Of a stretch of DNA of 64,000 nucleotides, positions 38,660 to 49,100 are shown piece after piece (positions within the stretch are counted from its first letter, which is position 1; every line of letters starts with the position of its first letter). Source of the DNA: Felis catus (lineage: Eukaryota); NCBI RefSeq assembly GCF_018350175.1, contig NC_058368.1:18168001-18232000 (forward strand), in the 5' to 3' direction. The notes under the pieces were generated by a model. It saw only the letters and a list, made by a program, of their open reading frames with translations, had not been told where the DNA came from and did no database searches. The position numbers and the translations under genes are program-made.

Positions 38660-39009
38660 TAAAACAACTTTTTAAAATATGCTCAAAAAGCTAGGGGAAA
38701 ACATGGACAAAGAACTAAAGGAAATCAGGAACATAATATATAAAAATGATGAGAATATCGAAAAGATATAAGACTTATAAAAGGGAAATAAACAGAATTT
38801 CTAAAGTGAAAAAGTGCAATAACGGAAATGGAAATTCCACCAGTGGGTTGCAACAGCAGAGATGGGCAGGCAAGAGAGAAAAAAGACACAACAGAATTTG
38901 AAAATAGGACATCTGAAATTCTCAAGTCTGGGGTGCAGAAGAAAAAGATAAAGAAAGCGAACTGAATCTAAGGAACTTACGGGATGCCATCAAGAAGACC
39001 AATATCGGT

Positions 39010-39227
39010 GGGGCGCCTGGGTGGCTCAGTCGGTTGAGTGGCCGACTTCAGCTCAGGTCATGATCTCGCGGTCCGTGAGTTCGAGCCCCATGTCAGGCTC
39101 TGTACTGACAGCTCAGAGCGTGAAGCCTGTTTCAGATTCTGTGTCTCTCTCTCTCTGACCCTCCCCCGTTCATGCTCTGTCTCTGTCTCAAAAATAAATA
39201 AACATTAAAAAATTAAAAAAAAAAAAA
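39010..39227 (+). mobile_element. Can-SINE
   Basis: Full body; TSD aagaagaccaatat. Confidence 0.96.
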
Positions 39228-39240
39228 AAGAAGACCAATA

Positions 39241-40492
39241 TTGGCAATGTCTCTAGGATATGGTGGGTTCAGCTCCAGACCACAGCAATAAAATGGATAT
39301 CCCAATAAAGCAAGTCAAATGAATGTTTTTGGTTTCCCAATGTATATAGGGGTTATGTTTACACTACACTGTAGCGTATTAAGGATGCAATAGCACTATG
39401 TCTACAAAAAACAATATACATACCTAAGTTAAAAAATACTTTATTTATGGGGCACCTGGGTAACACACTTGGTTAAGCATCTGACTCTTGATCTCGGCTC
39501 AGGTCACGATCTTGCAGTTCATGAGTTCAAGCCCTGCATCGGGTTCTGCTGCCGACGGTGCGGAGACTGCTTGGAATTCTGTCTCTCCTTCCTTCTGACC
39601 CTCCCCTGCATGTGCTCTCTCTCTCTCTCTTTCTCTCAATAAATAAATAAATAAATAAAATTTTAAGATTAATTAAAAAATACTTTATTTCTAAAAATAA
39701 ACCATCACTTGAGTTTTTAGCAAGTAGTAATATTTTTGCTGATAGGGGGTCTTACCTTGATGTTCATGGCTGCTGGCTGATCAGGGTGGTGGTTGCTGAA
39801 GGTCAGAATGGCTGTGAAAACCTCTTAAAATCAAGCAACAATGAAGTTGGCCATTAATTGACTCTTCATGAATGATTTCTCTGTAGCACGCAATGTTGTT
39901 TAATAGCATTTTGCTCACATCAGAACTTTTTTCAAAATTGGAGTCATTCCCCTCAAGTCCTGCCACTGCTGTGCCAAATAAATTGGTGTAAAATTCTAAA
40001 GCTTTTGTTGTCATTTTAACAGTCTTCACGGCATCTCACCAGGAATAGATTCCATCCCAAGAAACCATTTTCTTTGAGCGGCCATGAGAAGCACCCCCTC
40101 ATTTGCTAAAGTTTTATTATGAGATTGCAGCAATGCAGTCACATCTTCAGGTTCTACTTCTAATTCTAGTTCTCTTGCTGTTTCTACCTTATCTGTAGTC
40201 AGAACACACACGTGTGGTGTGGCACGTCAAAACTCACAAATAGTAACATCACAGATTACTGATTGCAGATCATCATAACAAATATAATAATAATGAAAAA
40301 GTTTGAATTACCGAAAGTGTGAGAATCATCAAAATGTGACAGAGACACGAGGTGTGTAAATACTATTAGGAAAATGGTGCCAATAGACTTGCTCAATGCA
40401 GGGTTGCCACAAACCTTTGATTTATAAAAAGTGCAGTATCTGCGAAGCAAAATAAAGTGAAGTGCAATAAACAAGCAAAAAGAATATGTCTG
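39241..40492 (-). mobile_element. Tigger1 DNA transposon, internally deleted
   Basis: gggttcagctccagaccacagcaataaa end and gggttgccacaaacc..gcaataaa..tatgtctgta end; minus [34 protein letters not shown] resembles the Tigger1 transposase C-terminus; inserted at a TA in L1 ORF1. Confidence 0.92.
39449..39672 (+). mobile_element. Can-SINE inside Tigger1
   Basis: TSD ttaaaaaatactttattt on both sides. Confidence 0.95.
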
Positions 40493-40989
40493 TATATAAA
40501 TTATGGGAATCCCAGAAGAGAAAGAAAGTAGCAGAGACTTATTTGAGGAAATAACGGCTGAAAACATCCTGAATTTCATGAAATACATGAATATACAAAT
40601 CCAAGAAGCTCAACGAACTTTAGGATAACCAAAAGAGATTCACATTAAGACACATAATCAAACTGTCAAAAGCCAAAGTCAAAGGGAATCTTGAAATCAA
40701 CAAGAGCGAAGCAACTCATCATAGACAAATGATCCTTAATAGATTATTCTCCAGTTTCTCAGCAGCACTCTTGCAGACCAGAAAGCAGTGGGATGATATA
40801 TTTAATACACGCTGGGGAAAAAACAAGAAACAAAAAACTTAAAATGAGAATTCTCTATCCAGAAACTATCCTTCAAAAGTGATAGAGAAATTAAGACTTT
40901 CCAGAAAAACAAAAGCCGAGAGAGTTCATTACTACAAAACTTGTTCTACAGAGAATGTTAAAGGAAGTCTTTCTTGGAAGATTATTTTT

Positions 40990-41485
40990 TGCAAATGCTA
41001 CCAAGCGATGAATTCAATTCTAAGACTGTCAGGTCCAATATATTAAAGGCTCAGTCCTGCAAAACTGCTCCCCTTTTGACTCCCCTACTTCAGCTGTCAT
41101 TCCCGAGTCCAGGTTGTCACCTATGCTTCTGATGGACTGGCTAGAGATCAGATGTTCCCATGATCCCCTCCTTGGGTTTCATTAAGTTGTTACTGTGGCT
41201 AAAAGAACTTAGAGACACATTTTACTTTCTAGATTACTGGTTTATTATAAAAAGATAAAACTCAAGAACAGCCAGATGGAAGATGCATAGGACCCATTCC
41301 ATCCTCTCTAGACACCTCCACAACGTCACTAGCCCAGAAGTTCTCTGAATCCATCCTTTGGGTTTTTATGGAGGCTTCATTTACATAGGCATGATTGACG
41401 AAATCATTGGACATTCATTCAACCTCCAGCCCATTTCCCTTTCCTGAAATCAAAGGGTGAGACTGAAAAATTTTTAATCCTCTGT
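40990..41485 (-). mobile_element. MER21-like ERVL LTR fragment inside L1
   Basis: ggctcagtcctgcaaaactgctcccc..ccaggttgtcacctatgcttctga..gatgcatagg..ttttatggaggcttcatt; reverse homologue of the LTR at 60350. Confidence 0.75.
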
Positions 41486-41655
41486 AATTTTGGATTTAAC
41501 TCTACTTTGAATTTCACTCTACTTCAGGGTGTGTGAGACAAATGCATAGAACATAATTATAAATCTATGTAAACGGGTATATAATGTGTAAAGATGCAAT
41601 TTGTGACACCAATAACACAAGAGTGATGGAACTATTATAGGAGAAGGTTTTTTAT

Positions 41656-41726
41656 ATATATATATGAAATTTATTGTCAAATTGGTTTCCATACAACACC
41701 CAGTGCTCATCCCAAAAAAAAAAAAA
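41656..41726 (-). mobile_element. Micro L1 insertion: about 58 bp of antisense feline L1 3' UTR plus a sense A13 run
   Basis: Nearly identical to the L1 end at about 35196-35250; flanked by aggagaagg(g)ttttttat repeats. Confidence 0.8.
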
Positions 41727-43716
41727 GGAGAAGGGTTTTTTATGCAACTGAAATTAAGTTTGTATCAATTCAAATTAGATTGTTATAACTTTAAAAGATT
41801 ATATGTAATCACCATGGTAACAATAAAGAAAACATCTATAGAATATACATGGAAGGAAATGAAAAGGGAATCAAAACATATCACTACAAAAAGTAAACAC
41901 AAAAAGAGGCAGTAATGGAGGAAATAAGGGACAGAAAATGATATAAGACATACAGAAAACAACAAAGTGGCAAAAGAAGGTCCTTCCTTATCAATGATTA
42001 CTTCAAACGCAAATGGACTAAACACTCCAATCAAAAGGCATTGGCTGGCAGGATAGATTTTTAAAAACTGAACAATATGTTGTGGACATGAGACTTACTT
42101 TAGCTTTAAATTCAGATTTAGGTTGGAAGTTAAATGACGCAAAAGATAGTACATGCAATTAATAACCAAAAGAGAGCTGGGGTGGCTATCCTAATATTAA
42201 ACCAGACAGACTTTGAGTAAAAAAATATTACAAGAGACAAGGGTATATATCGATGAAAGAGTCACTTCACCAAGAAGAGATCAAAATTATAAAAATATAT
42301 GATATACATATTATCAGAGCTCTAAAATGTATCAAGCAACATTAGCAGAATTTAAAGGAGAACAGCTCTAAGATAATAGTAGGAGACTTTCAAAGATGAC
42401 CAGAACAACCAGCCAGAAAAATCAAAAAGGCAACTGTGGACTTGAACAGCACTACAGACCGACTGGATCTATCAGACATATACAAAACACTCTACCCAAC
42501 AACAGCAGAATACACAGTTTTCTCAATCGGACGTGAAACACTCCCCAGAGTAGACTGTATGTTAGACCACAAAACAAATAGTAAATGCATTGTAGAAGAT
42601 TGAAATCATATGAAGTTTCTTTTCTGATCACAATGGAATGAAACCAGAAATCAGTAACAGAAGGAAAACTGGAAAACCCACAAATATGCGGAAATTAAAC
42701 AACATACTCTTAAGTAACCAATGAATCAAAGAAGAAATCACGGGGAGATTAGAAAATACCTTGAGACAAATAGAAAGGAAACTAAAAACACAGCACACAA
42801 AAACTGATGGGATACAGACAAGCAGTGCTAAGAGGGACATCTGTAGCTTAAATGCCTGCATTTAAAAAAGAGAAACATCTCAGATCAGTAACCTAGACTT
42901 ACTCTTTATGGAACTAGAAAAAGAGAAAGCAAACTAAACCCAAAGCTAACAAAAGGAGGGAAGGAAGCAAAATTGAAGCAGAGCAAAATAGAGAATAGAA
43001 AAACAATATAGAAAAAAACAGTAAAACCGAAATTGGTTCTTTGCAACAATCAACAACATTGACAAACCTGTAGCTAGATAAGTGAAGGAAAAAGAGCAAA
43101 GACTCCGATAACTAAAAGCAGACATCAAAGAGAATGTTATGAACATCTGTATGCCAACAAACTGGATAAACTGAACAAAATGGACAAATTCCTAGAAATG
43201 CACATCTACCCAAACTGAATCTACCAAATTGAAAATATGAATAGATTTACAACTCGTAAGGAGACTAATTGATATTCAAAGCCTCCCAACAAAGAGAAGT
43301 CATGGGCTAGATGCTTTCACGGAAGAAGACTGCCAACATTAAAAATAAATAAATAAATAACACGAATTTTCAACTCTTCCCCAAAATTGAAGGCAATAAC
43401 ATTTCCTAATTCATGCTCTAAAGCCATCATTACCCTGATAGCAGACCCAGCAAAGAGGTTACAAGAAAAGAAACTATAGAATCAATATCCTTTTATGAAG
43501 ATGGATGCAAAAATACTCAATAAAATACTAGGAAACTGAACTCAACAGTAGTATATTAAAAGACTATATGCCATGGCCAAGTGGGTTTTACTCCTGGAAC
43601 GCAAGGATGATTCTACGTACAAGAATGAATCACTGTAGGACACCGCATCAACAAAACGAAGGAAAAACTGCCCACACGATCATCTCAACTGAGACAGAAA
43701 AAGCACTTGACAAAGT

Positions 43717-43960
43717 AACAATGGCGGCTCGCTTTCTTTGGGACGTGCTATGTGCGAAGCTCTACATTAGGCATTTAATAATGTTTTGAATCCCCAAGGC
43801 AACACCCTAACATATGTAATATGATATTATTGCATCCCTCTTACATAGGAAGAAACTGAGGTTTGTTCTTGAAAAACTGAAGTAATTTGTCAAAATCATA
43901 TATTTACAGTAAGGAGTAGAGTCAGTATGTACGTTCTAGCTTCTCATGTTACAAAGCCTA
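43717..43960 (-). mobile_element. MIR
   Basis: tgctatgtgcgaagctct..gatattattgcatccctcttacataggaagaaactgagg..aagtaatttgtcaaaatcata. Confidence 0.7.
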
Positions 43961-44739
43961 AAGCATTTCTACTGTGGTTTGTGGTTTTTGCTTCTGCATC
44001 TAAGGAGAATCAAAATGAAGGTACCAAGAGCTGATTTGCAAAAGTCACTACCCAGCTGATGGGCTTAGTAAAATGGCCTTTGGGCTCTTCATGACCGTCC
44101 CCATCCCCACTGGTAACAAAGTGCGACGATTTTGATCGCGTGTTAACATTCGTTGCTGAAACGGGGGCCCGGCCCAATTCACTCCAAGACTGGTTTCGGA
44201 CGGCTGGATGTTGTCGCTTCCCTTTCCTAGTCTGTCCAGGACAAGAATGGTTCATATGGGACCGGCCGCCTCATAATGGAACAGCATCACAACGGCTGTA
44301 GAAGCAACAGAAAACAAAAAGGAAGTTCGCAAATTGAGAAAGCTGGGATCAATTTGGTCTTGACTCAGAGTCATACTCTGTCTCTCTAAAACATTGGTGC
44401 CAACTCACTGAACTTGAGTTATAAATAAAAGTCAGAATTAGAGTTCCCAGTTTTTTTTTAATGAGTTTTAATAGGTATATTGTTTAATTTCCCAGCAAAT
44501 CGATGAAATGCAGACTTGCTAAATTGTAAAAATGCCTGCGACATTTGTTTACTTGGACTGTTACAAGAAAAGAGCTCTTTTGAGATTTATCCTTTTTGTA
44601 GCAAAACTGAAAAATACGCTTCTGCAGACTTCAGACTTTGTGCATCTTAAACTTTGACAATCACTTTCGAACCTGTTACCTTTTAGCGCCACAGTGGCTG
44701 GCTGGGGAGGCAGTGTACCTGTTGGGCCAGGAGACCCTC

Positions 44740-44744
<5 letters not shown>

Positions 44745-44777
<33 letters not shown>

Positions 44778-44979
44778 GTTTATTTATTTTTGAGAGAGGG
44801 AAAGACAGAGTGCAAGCTGGGCAGGGGCAGAGAGAGAAAGGGAGACACAGAATCCGAAGCAGGCTCCAGGCTCCGAGCTGTCTGCACAGAGCCCGACACG
44901 GGGCTCGAACTCACCAACTATGAGATCATGACCTGAGCCGAAGTCGGACGCTCAACCGACCGAGCCACCCAGGTGCCCC
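44745..44979 (-). mobile_element. Can-SINE
   Basis: Full body with CpGs; degenerate TSD ggag(a/t)ccc..tgtaa. Confidence 0.95.
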
Positions 44980-45389
44980 GGGAGTCCCCCCTCTGTAAGT
45001 GACATTTCCAGGCTGGGAAGTAGAAGAGAGTAGAAGAGCGGAAGGATCAGATTTTTGTGACAGTCGGAGGTGAAGGGGCATTCGCTTAGCCCGGCAGCCT
45101 GGGTTTTCCTCAGACTTGGAGATTGGAGACGTCTGGGGAGCAGATGCTAGCGTGTGAACTAGTTTTTACTTAGGTTCCATTTATTGCCCTCTGCCCTCTG
45201 CCCTCTGCCCTCTGAGAGTTTGACAACGTCCCTTCTCTGCCACTGGTAACATGCAGAGAGATCGTAAGAGTGACAGTAACAGGAGAAGCACTGAGTGTTG
45301 TTCAAGCGATTAAAGCACTTCAATGCTCTGCTTGATGCTGATGCTGGCTGCTGTCTAGAAGCAGGTTAAGTATTATACCAGTTCCCTAA

Positions 45390-46080
45390 TTCCAACTTAT
45401 CTTACGTGAGCCCGGCCCAGTAAAGATAAAGCCCACCTCCCAGAAGAAAATGGAAGCTTTAAAAAAGGTGGGAGGGGGAAACTAAAGAAAGAGACAACGT
45501 TCGTTTATATTTCACGCCGGGTCAGGTGACTTCTGCTATCTTCTCTAGGCTGAATACTTTAACCACGGGAAATAGAGCTGCCTGCATTAAGCAAGAATTT
45601 TCCTATCACTGAGAAAATCTGCTTATTAAGTTTGCCAGAAGCTGTCCTGTCTCCCAGCCAGAATGACAGCCCAGTGAATCCTGGGCCACTGGGTGTGGGC
45701 GGCTTATCGGGTTCTCATCTCTGAAGGTCGAGGGTGCAAGTAGGTCACGGGCAAAGGCATTGGTGACCTCTTTTCAGCCCTGCCTCCAGGTTGAGGTAGT
45801 TCAGGTTCTTAAGATAACTTCTGAGGGTGGGGGTGGGGGGGGTGGGAGTGGGACGGGAAGGTAAGGGGAGGCAGCGGATTAGCAGGGAGCCCCCAAAGCC
45901 AGATATCCCTGATCACCAGCAACAAGGGCAAGGGAAAAGCTCGCTCGTGCTAATTAGAACCCCGTGTTATGATCCCTTCCCTACCAAAATATTTACTAAG
46001 CCTTTAAACCAAAGGCTGGCAAATCCCCAAAGATCAATTCTGCCCTCTGGGATTTTTTCAAACTCCGTCCCACCCTTGTG
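45390..46080. promoter_or_regulatory. Candidate GATA/KLF (CACCC) enhancer
   Basis: GATA motifs at 45397, 45424, 45703 and 45812; GGGTGTGG 45691, GGGTGGGG 45825, CCCACCC 46069; unique sequence. Motif evidence only. Confidence 0.35.
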
Positions 46081-47429
46081 AGTGGTCAGAGATGTTGTCC
46101 CTGCCTGCAGAGAGTGCTGGTCCCCAGCCCCCAGTCATGCCATGGCTGCCTGCGTTTCTCAGTTCTGACCATTAGTGAACTCGGCTGTCAGCAGTAACTT
46201 TTGTTCAAGTTCAAATCTGGAAATATCTTTCCTTTATTCTCCACTTTCCCTCAACCCACTGCACACTCCCCTGTCAAAGAAAGCCTTTGTATAGCCAGAA
46301 GGAAAAGGCTGCTTCAGAACGGTCCCCATGCCAGGGGGTGGCCGGTATTCCGCAGAATGGGAGAGGAATGTGCCCTTTTGGCTTGTATAACCATCGTGTC
46401 TAAAAATAGCAAAGACACCCCTTGCCATACTGGTGATACGCAGACGCATGGGTGATGAATAATCACATTGACAGTCATTTTGGGATAAGCGAGAGAGAAG
46501 AGTGAGTAAAAACTGATCCCAAAATACAAAAATGAGTATCACAAACCTCGAAAGATGTTTTCATCGTAAAACTGAGGTTTTTGTTCCTTGATCAATTCCT
46601 CTGCGCTTTTATTCTTCATTTCTTAAAGCCTGGAGAATTGCCCTCTCACACCTTCTGTGCAAGAACTTGCTCCGTGGGAACGCTCACAGTCCAGGGAGCA
46701 CTCCGAGGTGTCTTGACAGCCGGGCTGGAGGAGAGCCCAGGTCTTCCGAAGGTGAAAGAGCTGTGAGCCCACATCCTTCTGGTAAAGACGCTTCCCCTAC
46801 ACTTCACAACAATAAACCCACTTTCACAATATGTAGCTTAGATTTTCAGGTGACTCTTACAACAATCATTTCTCACAACCATTTCATTGTGAGTTTAGGA
46901 TATTCCTACTAGCAATTCACTCGTTTTCAGTAAATGGGAAAACCAAAGCAAGAAATACTCAATTGAAGCGGAAAAGTACATAACTTGACTTCTTTTCCAA
47001 CTGACTACCGACATGTTTTTCTCCTCCTTTAGATTACAAGCATAAACACTGATATAAGGGCAAGCGGCTTGCCTTTTGGGTCTAGAGTGTTTTTGATGAT
47101 AACAGCACAGGGAGCCCCCCCAGGGTGGAATGTCTTAGCAGCAGTTAAAGGTTAACAAGATGAATCGACAGGCCCATTGATGTCTCTGAAGGAGGAGCCA
47201 CATCATGCAAGGCAGGTCCAGGGGTGAAGTTACAGGAACCTCCCAGCCTCTCTCTCCAAATTTCCAGACACAGCAGGTGTCAGTTACATCTGCAGCCCGG
47301 GGCAGAAGCCCAGCCAAGTCACGGAGTAAAGGATGTTCAAAGCTGGAAGGCACATCACAGACCACAGAGACCAACTTCCTTAACTTACCGCCTAAGGCCT
47401 ATGTAACGTACCTTTGATTAGGTGCCAGA

Positions 47430-47620
47430 ACATTTCCAAGTATTCTACACATTGTTAATCATTTTCCTATACGTTATATCACTTGTTTCTCCCCCCAAAT
47501 TTGAACTGCCAATGTTTGTCCCATTATGCAGTTGAGGAAACCGAAGCTTGGAAAAGGCTAATGGCTAGTTCTAAAGCATGGAACGACGGGTAGGTGGGGC
47601 AGAGACTTGAGGCTCAGTTT
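47430..47620 (-). mobile_element. MIR
   Basis: gtcccattatgcagttgaggaaaccgaagcttggaaaaggctaatggc. Confidence 0.6.
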
Positions 47621-48121
47621 TATAAATTTGGGGCTCTGGCCACTGGGTTATGCCACTTTGTCGGCACCTCGAGCAGGATAGCCTCCAGGAAACGTTTACT
47701 GTATGCTTTCTAGATGTCTGGGATTGTGCATAGCTCTGAATTCTGTGTTCCTGCTACATCTAGGTCATTAATAAAGTGGTGTGGGTAAATTGCAATGGAC
47801 TTTATTTTCTGATCATTTTTAATTTCATTAGGGAAACAAATACAAGGACTTGGATTTTTTCCCCCCTTCATTTTCCTGTGTAGGTAAGGAGTCTCATTTT
47901 GGCTTATCTCATGAAGTTAGTACCAATGCACCTGACACAGATAATCGAAATCTCCAGGGAGGCACCTGGGAGAGTACCTAATCCAACCCTGTCATGTTTA
48001 GAGAGGACAAAATCAACACCAGGAACTTCAGATACATTCTCCAAGGCCACACAGCTACCTAGATGCTGAGCCAGGACTGAAAAGCAAAACATCTGATTGC
48101 CAGTTCAGTTTATGAGTAGTT

Positions 48122-48144
48122 TTTGTAATGTTTATTTTATTTTT

Positions 48145-48175
<31 letters not shown>

Positions 48176-48343
48176 GGGAGGGGGGCGAGGGGCAGAGAGA
48201 GAGAGGAGACACAGAATCTGAAGCAGGCTCCAGGCTCTGAGCTGTCAGCACAGAGCCCGACTCAGGGCTCAAATGCATAAACCGTGAGATCATGACCTGA
48301 GCCAAAGTCAGACATTTAACCGACTGAGCCACCCAAGTGCCCC
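48122..48343 (-). mobile_element. Can-SINE
   Basis: Full body; TSD ga(g/a)tagttttt. Confidence 0.95.
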
Positions 48344-48599
48344 AAGAATAGTTTTTAGCCAAGCCTCGTTTGGTTGTGCCATATTAATACTTCTTTTTCC
48401 AAGACAGCGAGGATAAAAATGGGACCCTTTTAGGTTGAGATACATATGTGTCTACATACATACACATTCCTGATCCCCAAGCCTACAACACTTAAGATTA
48501 ACACTTAAGCACATTCATCTGAAAGAACATGAGAAAAACTAGGAGCATTTCTGTTCTCGGTTACATTTGTCCTTCCTAATCAAAACCATGTGAGAAGCT

Positions 48600-49100
48600 A
48601 GAAAAGTACCAGGAGCGCAGCGTGATGGCCAAAGACAAAGAAGGGACAGCAGAGAAAGAAAACCAAGGGAGCAGCGAAGCAGAGACCCGGCAGTATTTCC
48701 AACATTCGAGCACGCACTCACACTTCCAGTCCTTCATCAGATAAGAATGTTTTGCGCAAACTGGGCCAATTTACGCCGCACAGGAAAGCCTGTAGCTGCG
48801 CTCTCGGCCCACCACTTCCTGTGGGAGTCAGCGCAACAGGCTCAGCCCTTCCATTCCTTTGACCAAAATGCTTCCAAGCCCGAGGAAGAACCTCATTGCT
48901 CATCCTGCCATTTGCTGGAAGGAGTCCACGGTCAGCCCCCGGCAGTCATTAGGGGAAGTATGGTCCATTTCTCAGGTGTTTTCTTTCCCGCGTGTGCGTG
49001 CGTGTGTGCGTGTGTGTGTGTTTGCGTGCGCGCGCACGTGCCTGTGCGTGACCGTAAGAGAGCTTAACCTTCTTTTGGCTCCCTGCGTTCCAGTTACTCG
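48600..49100. promoter_or_regulatory. CpG-rich candidate enhancer/promoter with C/EBP, GATA, CCAAT and ETS:RUNX motifs
   Basis: AGATAAG 48739; TTGCGCAA 48752-48759; CCAAT 48766; ACCACTTCCTGT 48811-48822; many retained CpGs. Confidence 0.55.

Larger units (their letters stand above)
37640..43716 (+). mobile_element. Old L1 (L1M-type) 5' UTR, ORF1 and ORF2 endonuclease to early RT; decayed, with nested insertions
   Basis: ORF1-like (atgggaatcccagaag..gaggaaataacggctgaaaacatcct) and ORF2-like (aatggactaaacactccaatcaaaagg, ataatagtaggagacttt, tctgatcacaatggaatgaaaccagaaatc, gaaaaagcacttgacaaa) segments in order; no intact ORF. Confidence 0.9.

Noticed and set aside
44680..44705. CTCF-like tagcgccacagtggctgg
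   Set aside because: Core spacing is two bases short of the CTCF consensus
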